Source of the DNA: Dongiaceae bacterium
GTDB taxonomy: Bacteria > Pseudomonadota > Alphaproteobacteria > SHNJ01
Length of the DNA stretch: 64,000 nt
Direction: 5' to 3'
Assembly (NCBI GenBank): GCA_050182275.1
Contig: JBFXCK010000002.1
Span: 86,397-150,396 of the forward strand
Shown here: piece by piece, positions 1-9,539 of the stretch
Numbering within the stretch: position 1 is the stretch's first letter
How the letters are laid out: the number at the start of each line of letters is the position of its first letter
Program-made: the position numbers and the translations under genes
Notes under the pieces: generated by a model
Databases searched by the model: none
What the model was told of the DNA's origin: nothing
Seen by the model: only the letters and a program-made list of their open reading frames with translations

Positions 1-32
1 CGGCCACCGGCCATCGGATTTGCAATGATTGT

Positions 33-2240
33 ATGAAATCTTGCATTTATCAAAAGCAAGACCCGGTTGATATTCCGCAAATCGAAACCCGCACCTTGCG
101 CGATGTGTTGGCGCTGCCCTGGGGTTTTGAGATTTATTCGCTTCTTACACGCTGGAATCCCTTAAATTTTGCGCGGCCCTTGCCAAAACCAACTACCCAT
201 AAAAATGTATTGGTGGTTGGCGCTGGCCCTGCGGGCTTTACGCTGGCGCATCATTTGTTAAATGACGGGCATCATGTGGCGATGATCGATGGACTGAAAA
301 TCGAACCGCTGAATATTCCCTTTGCGCCGATTTATAATGCCCAGGAATTAGAAGAAGATTTAGACAGCCGCATTAATGCCGGTTTTGGCGGGGTAGCCGA
401 ATACGGCATCACCGTGCGCTGGGATAAGAATTTCCTGAAAATCATCCGTCTATTGCTGGAACGCCGTGAAGCTTTGCGCATTTATGGCGGTGTGCGTTTT
501 GGCGGCACGCTTAATATTGAGCAAGCTTTTAAGCTTGGTTTCGATCATATCGCCCTTTGCATGGGGGCGGGCAAGCCGAAAATTCCAGCAATCAAGAATA
601 ATCTGGCCAAAGGGGTGCGTACCGCCTCCGACTTTTTGATGGCGCTGCAATTAACCGGGGCTGGAAAAATGGATTCCTTGGCCAATTTGCAGGTGCGCCT
701 TCCCATCGTAGTTATTGGCGGTGGCTTGACGGCGGTGGATACCGCGACCGAGGCTCTAGCCTATTACCCGCGGCAGGTTGAAAAGTTTTTACAGCGCTAT
801 GAAAAGCTGGGCGCGATTAGCTGGAATGCGGAAGAAAAACAAATCGCCGATGAATTCATCGCCCATGCCAAGGCTTTGCGCGCCGAGCCGCATCGTAAAC
901 TTGAGCTGTTAAAAGAATGGGGCGGGGCCACCATTGTTTACCGCCGCCAAATGATTCAATCGCCTAGCTATACGCTGAACCATGAAGAATTGCATAAGGC
1001 CTTGGAGGAGGGGATCACCTTCGCCGAAAATCTAACGCCGCATGAAATAACGGTCGATGATTTTGGCGCAGCAGAAAGTCTTTTGTGTAATCAGGGCGCC
1101 GTTAAAATTCCGGCCAAAACTATTTTAATGGCGGCTGGCACGCAGCCTAATATCATGCTGGCCGAGGAAGATGATATTGTCTTTAACCCCAAAAATTCTT
1201 TCATGTTGCAGGATCAAATCAGCTATTTTGGCGATCAAAATCCTGAATATGCCGGGAATGTGGTCAAGGCCATGGCCAGCGCCAAAGATGGCTATCCCTT
1301 TATCACGCGCGCCTTGGAAAAATTGCCGGCCAATCAAAATATTTTTGCCAAGCTAGATGCCGGTTTAAAAACAAAAGTAGTGCGGGTTGAACGTTTAACG
1401 CCGACCATTGTCGAGGTTGTTGTTCATGCGCCTTTCGCGGCGGCGAATTTTCATCCGGGGCAATTTTACCGGCTGCAGAATTTTGGAACGCCTGCCATGG
1501 AGCCGCTTGCGATGACCGGCGCCTGGGTGGATAAAGAAAAGGGCCATATCGCCGTGATTGCTTTGGAAATGGGCGGCTCTTCCGATTTGTGCGCACAGTT
1601 AAAGCCGGATGAGCCGGTAATTTTGATGGGCCCAACCGGCACGCCCAGCGAGATTCCGGAGAATGAGAAAATTATTTTGGTTGGCGGCGGACTTGGCAAT
1701 GCAGTGCTATTCTCCATTGGCCAGGCGATGCGCGCCAAGGGCAATCAGGTTATTTATTTCGCTGGTTATAAAAAGCTTCAAGACCGCTTCAAAGTCGAGC
1801 ATATCGAATCCGCCGCCGATATTGTTGTGTGGTGTTCCGACGAGGCGCCGGGTTTCAAGCCTTCCCGCCCGCAAGATCAAAGCTTTGTCGGCAATGTGGT
1901 AGAGGCGATGAAAGCGCATCCGGATTTGGTGAAAGGGGCCGACCGTATTATCGCCATCGGTTCCGACCGCATGATGGCGGCGGTGGCGGCAGCGCGGGTT
2001 CCGGCGCCCATCAAAATTGGCTCGATCAATTCCCCCATGCAATGCATGATGAAGGAAATTTGCGGCCAGTGCTTGCAGCGCCAGGTCGATCCGGCTACCG
2101 GCCTTGAAAGCATTGTCTTTTCCTGCGTGAACCAGGATCAGCCCTTAGAGGCGGTTGATTTTAAATGCTTAAGCGACCGCTTGGCGCAGAATAACGCCCA
2201 GGAAAAAATCACAGCGGCTTATTTAAAAGAAATCCTTTAG
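33..2240 (+). CDS. Two-domain FAD/NAD(P)-binding oxidoreductase. The N-terminal half resembles the glutamate synthase small subunit, and the C-terminal half resembles PyrK or ferredoxin reductase and carries a Cys cluster. No in-frame stop lies upstream, so the gene may extend 5' of the window.
   Basis: Dinucleotide-binding motif VVGAGPAGFTLAHHL near the N-terminus. A second Rossmann-like GGGLTAVDTA motif. C-terminal CGQCLQ...C cluster. The 735-aa ORF starts 32 nt into the window. Confidence 0.55.
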   Translation: MKSCIYQKQDPVDIPQIETRTLRDVLALPWGFEIYSLLTRWNPLNFARPLPKPTTHKNVLVVGAGPAGFTLAHHLLNDGHHVAMIDGLKIEPLNIPFAPIYNAQELEEDLDSRINAGFGGVAEYGITVRWDKNFLKIIRLLLERREALRIYGGVRFGGTLNIEQAFKLGFDHIALCMGAGKPKIPAIKNNLAKGVRTASDFLMALQLTGAGKMDSLANLQVRLPIVVIGGGLTAVDTATEALAYYPRQVEKFLQRYEKLGAISWNAEEKQIADEFIAHAKALRAEPHRKLELLKEWGGATIVYRRQMIQSPSYTLNHEELHKALEEGITFAENLTPHEITVDDFGAAESLLCNQGAVKIPAKTILMAAGTQPNIMLAEEDDIVFNPKNSFMLQDQISYFGDQNPEYAGNVVKAMASAKDGYPFITRALEKLPANQNIFAKLDAGLKTKVVRVERLTPTIVEVVVHAPFAAANFHPGQFYRLQNFGTPAMEPLAMTGAWVDKEKGHIAVIALEMGGSSDLCAQLKPDEPVILMGPTGTPSEIPENEKIILVGGGLGNAVLFSIGQAMRAKGNQVIYFAGYKKLQDRFKVEHIESAADIVVWCSDEAPGFKPSRPQDQSFVGNVVEAMKAHPDLVKGADRIIAIGSDRMMAAVAAARVPAPIKIGSINSPMQCMMKEICGQCLQRQVDPATGLESIVFSCVNQDQPLEAVDFKCLSDRLAQNNAQEKITAAYLKEIL

Positions 2241-2500
2241 TGAATGCTGAATTCGCCGTTGGAAAATTTAAATTCGGCGGGGTGAATGAATTCGCAACTT
2301 GCTACCCGCACGCGGTAAAGCTTGCCATCAATATTTTTTTCCCAGAATGTCAGGAATTTTCCTAAGACCGGAAATCTTGGTGCAATGTCTAATTCTTGCC
2401 AAATGAAGGTTTGCAATAAAGAGGGATGATCAGGCAGGTGGTATAAAATCTCTGCCGTGGTCAGGCGATAGTCATGCAGTTGCCGAAACAGGTCGGTCAT
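2237..2500 (-). CDS. Usg-like small protein (alphaproteobacterial Usg family)
   Basis: 87-aa ORF with the N-terminal RLTTAEILYHLPDHPSLLQTFIWQ motif recalled for the Usg family. Convergent with the upstream oxidoreductase. Confidence 0.45.
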   Translation of the reverse strand: MTDLFRQLHDYRLTTAEILYHLPDHPSLLQTFIWQELDIAPRFPVLGKFLTFWEKNIDGKLYRVRVASCEFIHPAEFKFSNGEFSIH

Positions 2501-2653
2501 AGCTTTATTGTTGTCTTAAAATGGTTAAAAACATACAAAAAACTATGCTTTTTGCGGGTCTTGACAGTTTAAGCCGTTCTCCCTATATGGTTAGCACTCG
2601 TTTAGCGCGAGTGCTAAACGGCAGGTTTAACCCTTGATTTTCAGGAGAAAAAA

Positions 2654-2965
2654 ATGAAATTCAGACCTTTGCATGACCGTATCATGGTCAAGCGCCTGGC
2701 GAGTGAGGAAAAGACCGCCGGCGGCATTATCATCCCCGACACTGCCCAAGAAAAGCCGATGGAAGGCGAAGTTATTTCGGTTGGTTCCGGTTCACGCGAT
2801 GAAACCGGTAAATTAATCCCGCTCGATGTTAAGGCGGGCGACCGGATTTTGTTCGGCAAATGGTCGGGCACCGAAGTGAAAATGGATGGCCAAGATTATT
2901 TGATCATGAAGGAATCGGATGTTTTAGGCATCATCGAAGGTTCGGCCAAGAAGAAGGCTGCTTAG
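2654..2965 (+). CDS. groES: Co-chaperonin GroES
   Basis: 103 aa, [15 protein letters not shown]...[18 protein letters not shown]-like aggag upstream. Confidence 0.95.
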   Translation: MKFRPLHDRIMVKRLASEEKTAGGIIIPDTAQEKPMEGEVISVGSGSRDETGKLIPLDVKAGDRILFGKWSGTEVKMDGQDYLIMKESDVLGIIEGSAKKKAA

Positions 2966-2977
2966 TTTTAACGGAAG

Positions 2978-3048
2978 CTCATCCTTCGACTAAGCTCAGG
3001 ATGAGCTGAATTTATAAATAGCTCATGGTGAGCTTGTCGAACCATGAG
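2978..3048. repeat. Paired palindromic hairpin repeat, locus 1. The first hairpin has a CTCATCCT stem with the reverse-orientation loop. The second has a CTCATGGT stem with loop GAGCTTGTCGA.
   Basis: gctcatccttcgactaagctcaggatgagc (2978-3006) and gctcatggtgagcttgtcgaaccatgag (3021-3048), lying between groES and groEL. The same family occurs at four other loci in the window. Confidence 0.6.
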
Positions 3049-3078
3049 TGCCAGGAAAATCTCAAAGGAGAAATTATT

Positions 3079-4731
3079 ATGGCTGCAAAACAATTATTAT
3101 TCGCTGAAGAAGGCCGCAAACGTTTAGCCCGTGGCGCTATGATGGCTGCTACGGCGGTTGGCGCAACCTTAGGCCCGTCTGGCCGCACGGCGTTATTGCA
3201 AAAATCTTTTGGCGCGCCGCGCATCACCAAAGACGGCGTAACGGTCGCCAAGGAAATCGAATTGCAAGACCCAATTGAAAATATGGGTGCGCAAATGATC
3301 AAGGAAGCCGCTTCCAAAACCGTAGATCAGGCCGGCGATGGCACGACTACAGCTTCGGTGCTGGCGGGAGCTTTGATTGACGACAGCTTGAAGTATTTGA
3401 TGGCCGGCGCCAATGTTACCGATTTGCGCCGCGGCATGGAAATGGCCTCAAGCGCTGTTGTTGAAAAATTGCTGAAAATGGCCAAGAAGGTTTCGGGCAA
3501 TAATGAAATCGCCCAAATCGGCACCATTTCGGCCAATGGCGACAAGGAAATCGGCGATATGCTGGCCAAGGCCATGGATAAAGTGGGCCATGAAGGCGTT
3601 ATCACTGTTGAAGAAGCCAAATCGATGGAAACCGAATTGGATGTTGTTGAAGGCATGCAATTCGACCGTGGCTATATCAGCCCCTATTTCGTAACCAATG
3701 CGGAAAAGATGGTGGCTGAACTCGATAATCCTTTCATTTTGGTTTATGAAAAGAAATTATCGGGTCTGCAAAGCTTGCTGCCTTTATTGGAAGCGGTTGT
3801 GCAATCGGGCCGCCCCCTAATGATCATTGCCGAAGATGTAGAAGGCGAAGCCTTGGCCACGCTCGTGGTCAACAAGCTGCGCGGCGGCTTGAAAGTGGCT
3901 GCTGTCAAAGCCCCCGGCTTTGGCGACCGCCGCAAGGCCATGCTGGAAGACATTGCGATCTTAACCAATGGTCAAATGATCAGCGAAGATTTGGGCATTA
4001 AGCTGGAGAACGTTAATTTGAAAATGCTCGGTCAAGCGAAGAAAGTGGTGATCACGAAAGAAGAAACCACCATCATCGACGGCTCGGGCAAAAAAGCCGA
4101 TGTGGAAGCGCGTTGCGATCAAATCAAGGCGCAAATCGATGAAACTTCGTCCGACTATGACAAGGAAAAGCTGCAGGAACGCTTGGCTAAGCTTTCCGGC
4201 GGCGTGGCTGTTATCCGCGTTGGCGGCGCCACCGAAGTCGAAGTCAAAGAACGCAAAGACCGTGTAGAAGACGCCATGCACGCAACCCGCGCTGCCGTTC
4301 AAGAAGGCATCGTGCCGGGCGGCGGTGTGGCCTTGATTTATGCTGGCAAGGCCTTAGATGGCTTGAAGCCTGCTAATGACGATCAACGCGCCGGCATCGA
4401 TATTGTCAAACGCGCCCTCCAAGCCCCGTTGCGCAAAATTGCGTCGAATGCGGGTGAGGATGGATCGGTTATTGTTGGCAAAGTCATGGAAGGCAAAGAC
4501 ACCAATTTCGGCTGGGACGCCTATAAGGGCGAATACACCGATTTGGTGAAAGCCGGTATCATCGACCCCGCCAAAGTGGTGCGCACCGCGCTGCAATCGG
4601 CCGTATCGGTCGCCAGCCAGTTGATCACCACCGAAACCGTCATCGCCGATATTCCGAAGAAGGAAGAATCGCATGCCGGCCATGATCATGGCGGCGGCGG
4701 TATGGGCGGCATGGGCGGAATGGGTTTCTAA
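3079..4731 (+). CDS. groEL: Chaperonin GroEL (60 kDa)
   Basis: [13 protein letters not shown]... with the Gly-Met-rich C-terminus [16 protein letters not shown] aaggag at 3065-3070. The ORF-track start at 3025 is an upstream in-frame extension; 3079 is preferred. Confidence 0.96.
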   Translation: MAAKQLLFAEEGRKRLARGAMMAATAVGATLGPSGRTALLQKSFGAPRITKDGVTVAKEIELQDPIENMGAQMIKEAASKTVDQAGDGTTTASVLAGALIDDSLKYLMAGANVTDLRRGMEMASSAVVEKLLKMAKKVSGNNEIAQIGTISANGDKEIGDMLAKAMDKVGHEGVITVEEAKSMETELDVVEGMQFDRGYISPYFVTNAEKMVAELDNPFILVYEKKLSGLQSLLPLLEAVVQSGRPLMIIAEDVEGEALATLVVNKLRGGLKVAAVKAPGFGDRRKAMLEDIAILTNGQMISEDLGIKLENVNLKMLGQAKKVVITKEETTIIDGSGKKADVEARCDQIKAQIDETSSDYDKEKLQERLAKLSGGVAVIRVGGATEVEVKERKDRVEDAMHATRAAVQEGIVPGGGVALIYAGKALDGLKPANDDQRAGIDIVKRALQAPLRKIASNAGEDGSVIVGKVMEGKDTNFGWDAYKGEYTDLVKAGIIDPAKVVRTALQSAVSVASQLITTETVIADIPKKEESHAGHDHGGGGMGGMGGMGF

Positions 4732-4757
4732 ACGAATCCAATTCGGCTTAAATAAAA

Positions 4758-4787
4758 GGCGGCCTATAAATTGGCCGCCTTTTTTTA
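4758..4787 (+). terminator. Intrinsic terminator after groEL
   Basis: GGCGGCC-TATAAATT-GGCCGCC stem-loop followed by TTTTTTTATT. Confidence 0.7.
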
Positions 4788-4848
4788 TTCCCCTTGCAAA
4801 AATCCGCCTTCTATACAAAAGTAGAAAATCAACCAGGGAGAGCCAAGC

Positions 4849-5667
4849 ATGCCTATCAATCTTAAAGCCCATTTTATTCCTGCTATAGCAGCGGCTGTTA
4901 CCAGTTTCAGCGCTGAAGCCGGTATTATCGCCCATGAAGCTTTTGACTATGCAACCGGCAATTTTGGCGGCACGGCCGTGCTAAATGGGGGAATAGGCTG
5001 GGGTGGCGCTTGGCAAACTCTGCCTAACCATGGCCGCATTGAATTCGGCAATTTAGATCATTCGCTGTGCCAAGAAGGTCTTGGCAACAATGCCGGCTCT
5101 TTTTCTGTCTTTACCCAAAATGAAAGTTTTATTGGCTCACGCGCCTTATCCGCGCCAGCGGGCAACGGGGAAGTGTGGCTGTCTTTTGTCAGCAGGCTTG
5201 GCACCGCTATTGGCGGACAGACGCGCGTGGAATTGGCGGGCGGTGATGCCCTTTCTCAATTTGTAGGGGCCGATTATAGCACTTTTAACGCCGGCGGCGG
5301 CCAAGTCGGCGTCCGCGCCCGCTATAGCGATACGGCACAAGAAATACAATTCAACCTTCCAGTGATTAATTTCACCGGCAATATTTTTACTGTAATGCAT
5401 TTATCGGCGGATCCGAATATTCCCGGCAATAGTTTGGTGGAATATTGGGCAGGCTTGCCATTTCAGCCTTTTGAAGATTCTTTTTACCGTTCTTTCTCCG
5501 CGCCTTCGCTTAACTATACGCATTTAAGGGCGAATGCCGGCGGCGGCAATATCGATGAAATCCGCTTGGGCACTTCGCTAGGCGATGTGTCAACCGTTCC
5601 TGTCCCCTCTATCGCCTTGCCCTTAGCGGTGATGGCAGGCTTGGCGGCCAATAGACGCTGCCGGTAG
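4849..5667 (+). CDS. Secreted protein with an N-terminal signal peptide and a C-terminal PEP-CTERM-like sorting tail (VPxP motif, hydrophobic span, RRCR).
   Basis: N-terminus MPINLKAHFIPAIAAAVTSFSAEA. C-terminus VPVPSIALPLAVMAGLAANRRCR, resembling the VPLPA- and PEP-CTERM exosortase signals. Gly- and Asn-rich beta-type body. Confidence 0.5.
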   Translation: MPINLKAHFIPAIAAAVTSFSAEAGIIAHEAFDYATGNFGGTAVLNGGIGWGGAWQTLPNHGRIEFGNLDHSLCQEGLGNNAGSFSVFTQNESFIGSRALSAPAGNGEVWLSFVSRLGTAIGGQTRVELAGGDALSQFVGADYSTFNAGGGQVGVRARYSDTAQEIQFNLPVINFTGNIFTVMHLSADPNIPGNSLVEYWAGLPFQPFEDSFYRSFSAPSLNYTHLRANAGGGNIDEIRLGTSLGDVSTVPVPSIALPLAVMAGLAANRRCR

Positions 5668-6531
5668 ATTGTTTCGCCTTCTTTTTTGGTGAGCGCCAAC
5701 GGGCCGGACTATATAAACTTCTTCATCAAGATCGCTTAAGGAAGCCTCGGCAGGTGTGTATAGCCTGCCGAACCAAGAATGCATTTCTTGAATGCTTTTG
5801 GCCATGATGTGGGGGCCGGGATGTTTACGCCAATCATAGCCGTCATATTTTTCCGGTTGACGGATGATTTTTTCCGCTTTTTCTAAATCATAATTGCTTA
5901 AGCGCAATGCATAAACCGCGCGGCGAATCCATTGACGGTTAAAAGGAGCAAATTTTTTTGCCGGATCAAGCCAGATAAAATAATGTTTTTTCCAAGCATT
6001 CACTAAAAGATAAGGCCGGTCTTTTAATCGATCAAACTCGGCAGGATCAGAAAGCAATAAATCGAATTTTCCGCCAAAAATGGCGCAAAGCTCTAACAGC
6101 TTCATTTTGTGGGCAGATGGGAAGGGCAAAAAATGCATATGCGCATGATCGGTGCAGGCGCAGCCCTGGGCTTGATGGGCGCGGTCTTCGCCGCTTAAGG
6201 CGGGGCTAGTTATTTTGGCGGTTCCATGTTCAGCAAGAACGGGATATTCATCGGTTCTAAGCTTATACGTCCAGCACATTTTTTGTAGCATATCCAAGGC
6301 TTGAGCGCGTATTGCCGGATCCATCGCCGCGAAAGAGGGATAAAATTCGTGCGGTGCGATCAGAAAATGGTGAGGAATAGCGCCAACACTGGGAAAAAAT
6401 AAAAATGGCTCTTTATCTTCACCCAGTTCCGTTATATAGGTTTGCCGGAAAGGGGCCGGATGCTGCGGCCCCAAAAAGCGGGGCAGTAATTCTTCCTTAT
6501 GCGCATCGGCGAGAGAATGGAAGATGATCAT
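5623..6531 (-). CDS. HIT-fold protein of the GalT/Ap4A-phosphorylase type, with a histidine-triad motif in the C-terminal half. Function unassigned.
   Basis: HAHMHFLPF (H-phi-H-phi-H-phi-phi) motif. 302 aa. Start codon lies 10 nt downstream of the lysS stop on the same strand, so it is probably co-transcribed. Confidence 0.4.
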   Translation of the reverse strand: MIIFHSLADAHKEELLPRFLGPQHPAPFRQTYITELGEDKEPFLFFPSVGAIPHHFLIAPHEFYPSFAAMDPAIRAQALDMLQKMCWTYKLRTDEYPVLAEHGTAKITSPALSGEDRAHQAQGCACTDHAHMHFLPFPSAHKMKLLELCAIFGGKFDLLLSDPAEFDRLKDRPYLLVNAWKKHYFIWLDPAKKFAPFNRQWIRRAVYALRLSNYDLEKAEKIIRQPEKYDGYDWRKHPGPHIMAKSIQEMHSWFGRLYTPAEASLSDLDEEVYIVRPVGAHQKRRRNNLPAASIGRQACHHR

Positions 6532-6540
6532 TAATTTTTT

Positions 6541-8043
6541 CTATTCCTTCGGCCGCAAAGTCGGGAAGGCGATGACTTCGCGGATCGAGGGGCTGTCGGT
6601 TAGCAGCATGACTAAACGGTCAATGCCGATTCCAAGGCCGCCCGTGGGCGGCAGGCCGTATTCCAGGGCGGTGATGTAATCTTCATCCATCATTTGCGCT
6701 TCGGCGTCACCGGCTTCGCGCTGTTTGGTTTGTTCCTCAAAACGGGCGCGTTGGTCGATGGGGTCGGTTAATTCAGAGAAAGCATTAGCGATCTCCCAGC
6801 CGTTGATATAGCTTTCAAACCGTTCCACTAAACGCGGCGTTTCACGGTGCGCTTTGGCTAATGGTGAAATATCAAAAGGCAGGTTGGTGACATGAGTCGG
6901 TTGAATCAAGCTTGATTCAACCTTTTCATCGAACACGGCGGCGACCACTTGGCCCCAATTGCTTTTGGGATCAACTTTAATGCCGATAGTCCCGGCTACT
7001 TCCAGGGCTTTTTTGGCATCGGGATATTGTAAGAAATCGATATTGGTTTTCTCTTTTACTAATTCCACCATCGAGCGGCGCGGCCAGGGCGGCGTTAAAT
7101 CAATTTCCTTTCCCTGAAAGGTAATTTTTTTTGTGCCCAGAACTTCTTCGGCCACATAGGCTACAAGATTTTCGGTGAAACTCATCACTTCATTGTAATC
7201 GGCAAAGGCCTGGTAAGATTCCACCGAGGTGAATTCGGGATTATGTTTGATCGAAAGCCCCTCATTCCTGAAACAGCGGTTGATTTCATAAACGCCATCG
7301 GCAAGGCCGCCCACAATCAGGCGTTTTAAATGCAATTCGGGCGCAACGCGCAAATAAAAGTCGGTATCCAGCGCGTTATGATGGGTGATAAAGGGTTTGG
7401 CCGAGGCGCCGCCCATAATGGCGTGCAGCATGGGGGTTTCAACTTCCAAAAATCCTTTGGAATCGTAATAGCGGCGCATGGCGGCGACAATCGCGCTGCG
7501 CTTGCGCAACGTGTCGCGGGTTTTTTCGTTCATGATCAGATCGACATAGCGCTGGCGATAGCGAATTTCAGTATCGCTAAGGCCATGGTATTTTTCCGGC
7601 AGTGGTAAAAGTGCCTTGCTTAAAACGGTGATAACGGTCGCCTTGACCGATAATTCCCCGCGCGCGGTGCGGCGGATGGTGCCTTCAACGCCGACGATAT
7701 CGCCGATATCCAGCAAAGCCAGAATAGACTGGGAAAGAATCGATAAATTATCTTTGTGCGAAAACACTTGAATCTTGCCGCTGACATCCATGATATCCAT
7801 GAACATGCCGGAATTACGGTGCGCCATGACGCGGCCCGCAATTTTCACATGATCTTCGGTTTCTTGATCGGCCGGAAGGTCTTTATATTTTTGTTGCAGG
7901 TCGGCGGCTTGATGGCTGCGCTCGAAATGATAAGGATAGGGATTGACCCCAAGTTCACGCAATTTTTGCGCTTTTTCCAGGCGGATACGGCGATATTCAT
8001 TATCGTCGAGGGCGGGGGCCTCGGCTTTTTTCGGTTTGGTCAT
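6541..8043 (-). CDS. lysS: Lysyl-tRNA synthetase, class II
   Basis: 500 aa with an OB anticodon-binding N-domain and class II motifs, including FRNEGLSIKHNPEFTSVE and GGLGIGIDRLVMLLT. Confidence 0.95.
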   Translation of the reverse strand: MTKPKKAEAPALDDNEYRRIRLEKAQKLRELGVNPYPYHFERSHQAADLQQKYKDLPADQETEDHVKIAGRVMAHRNSGMFMDIMDVSGKIQVFSHKDNLSILSQSILALLDIGDIVGVEGTIRRTARGELSVKATVITVLSKALLPLPEKYHGLSDTEIRYRQRYVDLIMNEKTRDTLRKRSAIVAAMRRYYDSKGFLEVETPMLHAIMGGASAKPFITHHNALDTDFYLRVAPELHLKRLIVGGLADGVYEINRCFRNEGLSIKHNPEFTSVESYQAFADYNEVMSFTENLVAYVAEEVLGTKKITFQGKEIDLTPPWPRRSMVELVKEKTNIDFLQYPDAKKALEVAGTIGIKVDPKSNWGQVVAAVFDEKVESSLIQPTHVTNLPFDISPLAKAHRETPRLVERFESYINGWEIANAFSELTDPIDQRARFEEQTKQREAGDAEAQMMDEDYITALEYGLPPTGGLGIGIDRLVMLLTDSPSIREVIAFPTLRPKE

Positions 8044-8051
8044 AGCTATTT

Positions 8052-9275
8052 CTAGCTATTCGCGCGCGAGGAGGCAAGCGGGACGACTTGGCAATCGATA
8101 TTATTTTGCTTCAATTTTTGGCAGGAATATTCGGCCCGGTTGTAATCAAGGCCAATCAGGCGGGCGCGGTACAGGCGTTGATGGCCTTTGGCGGTTTCCA
8201 CCACATTGACCGAGGCGTCTTTAGCCCAGTATTGGGCGATTTTACGGGCGCTTAAAGCGGCTTCCCTGGCGCGCTTGGCGCTGGTAAAGGCGCCGATTTG
8301 TAAGCCCCAATCGCCTTCAACGCCATCGCCTTGCTCGGTTTCATTGTCAACGGCGCTGACATCGATAACATCGGCTTCTTCTTCCTCATCGCGGGCGGCT
8401 ACCTTGGTTGGCCGTTTGACGATGCGATGGGCGTAATTGCGATTCATGTTGATGCCCAATTTGGCGAAGCCATTATTCAATAATAGCTCCATTTGCCGGT
8501 CGCGCCAGCGGGGCGATTGTCCGCCCAGCACTACGCCAATTACCCGTCTGCCGCCCTCTTGGGCCGAGGCGATTAAGTTAAAGCCCGAAGCCCTGATATA
8601 GCCGGTTTTAATGCCATCGGCGCCCGGATAATTCGCCAGCAAGTGGTTATGGTTGGTGATGGTGTTGCCGCGGAAAGTAAAGGTTTCGGTCGAAAATAAT
8701 TTGTAATATTGCGGATAATTAAAAATAATCGCCCGGCTTAAAGTGGCTAAATCACGGGCGGTGCTGATTTGGGCGGAATGAGGCAGGCCCGAAGCATTGC
8801 GGAAATTGGTATTGCGCATGCCAAGCTGTTTAGCCCGCATGGTCATCATTTGCGCGAATTTGGCCTCGCTGCCGCCCATGCCCTCGGCCAAAACGGTTGC
8901 GGCGTCATTGGCCGAGCGGGTGATCAGGGCCAAAATAGCCTCCCGCACCGTGATGCGGTCGCCGGCTTCGAGATAAAGCTTGCTAGGCGCCCGCTTGGCG
9001 GCGTTTCTAGAGACCGGCAGGGATTGGTTCATTTTCAGGCGGCCTTGCTCTAAGGCCTCGAAAGTCATGTACAGCGTCATCACCTTGGTCAAGGAGGCGG
9101 GGAAGCGCTTGGCATCCGGGTTGACCGAGCTTAAAACTTGGCCAGACTGGGCATCGACCACGATCGAGGCGTATTTAGCGTGGGCTATACTTGGGAATAA
9201 TATTACTAGCGCCAGCGGCAAAGCCACCGCCAGCGTTTGAAGCAATTTCGGCAATGATCCGTTTATTCGGCGCAT
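8052..9275 (-). CDS. D-alanyl-D-alanine carboxypeptidase (PBP5/6-type, S11 family) with a C-terminal SPOR domain
   Basis: Signal peptide. SLTKVMT motif (SxxK active site). SPOR-like tail WGLQIGAFTSAKRAREAALSARKI...YRARLIGL. Confidence 0.85.
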   Translation of the reverse strand: MRRINGSLPKLLQTLAVALPLALVILFPSIAHAKYASIVVDAQSGQVLSSVNPDAKRFPASLTKVMTLYMTFEALEQGRLKMNQSLPVSRNAAKRAPSKLYLEAGDRITVREAILALITRSANDAATVLAEGMGGSEAKFAQMMTMRAKQLGMRNTNFRNASGLPHSAQISTARDLATLSRAIIFNYPQYYKLFSTETFTFRGNTITNHNHLLANYPGADGIKTGYIRASGFNLIASAQEGGRRVIGVVLGGQSPRWRDRQMELLLNNGFAKLGINMNRNYAHRIVKRPTKVAARDEEEEADVIDVSAVDNETEQGDGVEGDWGLQIGAFTSAKRAREAALSARKIAQYWAKDASVNVVETAKGHQRLYRARLIGLDYNRAEYSCQKLKQNNIDCQVVPLASSRANS

Positions 9276-9441
9276 AGCGTAAAACCCACAGCGGCACGGA
9301 AAAAATTAAGGACGTACCCTTTTAAATTTGAAATAAAAAAGGAAATTACTTATTAACAATAGCATAGTAAAGAAGCTTTTAACTTTTATTAACATCTTTG
9401 AATTTTGGCTAATATATTCAAAACGCACGATTTTTACTTTT

Positions 9442-9515
9442 TTGTGCAACGCAACAAAAAGCTTGACAATAGTATATAAAACAACTAGATAGTAGTATAT
9501 TGCAGTGCAGCAAAG
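9442..9515 (+). promoter_or_regulatory. Phasin promoter region with TGC-rich repeats and a -35-like TTGACA. Candidate PhaR-type operator.
   Basis: ttgtgcaacgcaaca at 9442-9456. TTGACA at 9463-9468. ttgcagtgcagcaaag at 9500-9515. RBS aggag at 9529-9533, immediately upstream of the phasin start. Confidence 0.3.
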
Positions 9516-9539
9516 TAACCTTGACCCCAGGAGTAGATT

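Noticed and set aside
1303-2113. Several 80-110-aa ORFs on both strands inside the oxidoreductase gene (e.g. 1829..2107 +, 1707..2042 -)
   Set aside because: These are GC-skewed alternative frames within a well-supported 735-aa gene, with no RBS or motifs.
4681-4731. Gly-Met repeat [13 protein letters not shown] at the GroEL C-terminus
   Set aside because: This is the normal flexible C-terminal tail of bacterial GroEL, not a repeat expansion of interest.
4354-4935. 193-aa minus-strand ORF overlapping the groEL 3' end and terminator
   Set aside because: It is antisense to groEL and runs through an intrinsic terminator. GroEL coding is unambiguous, so this is spurious.
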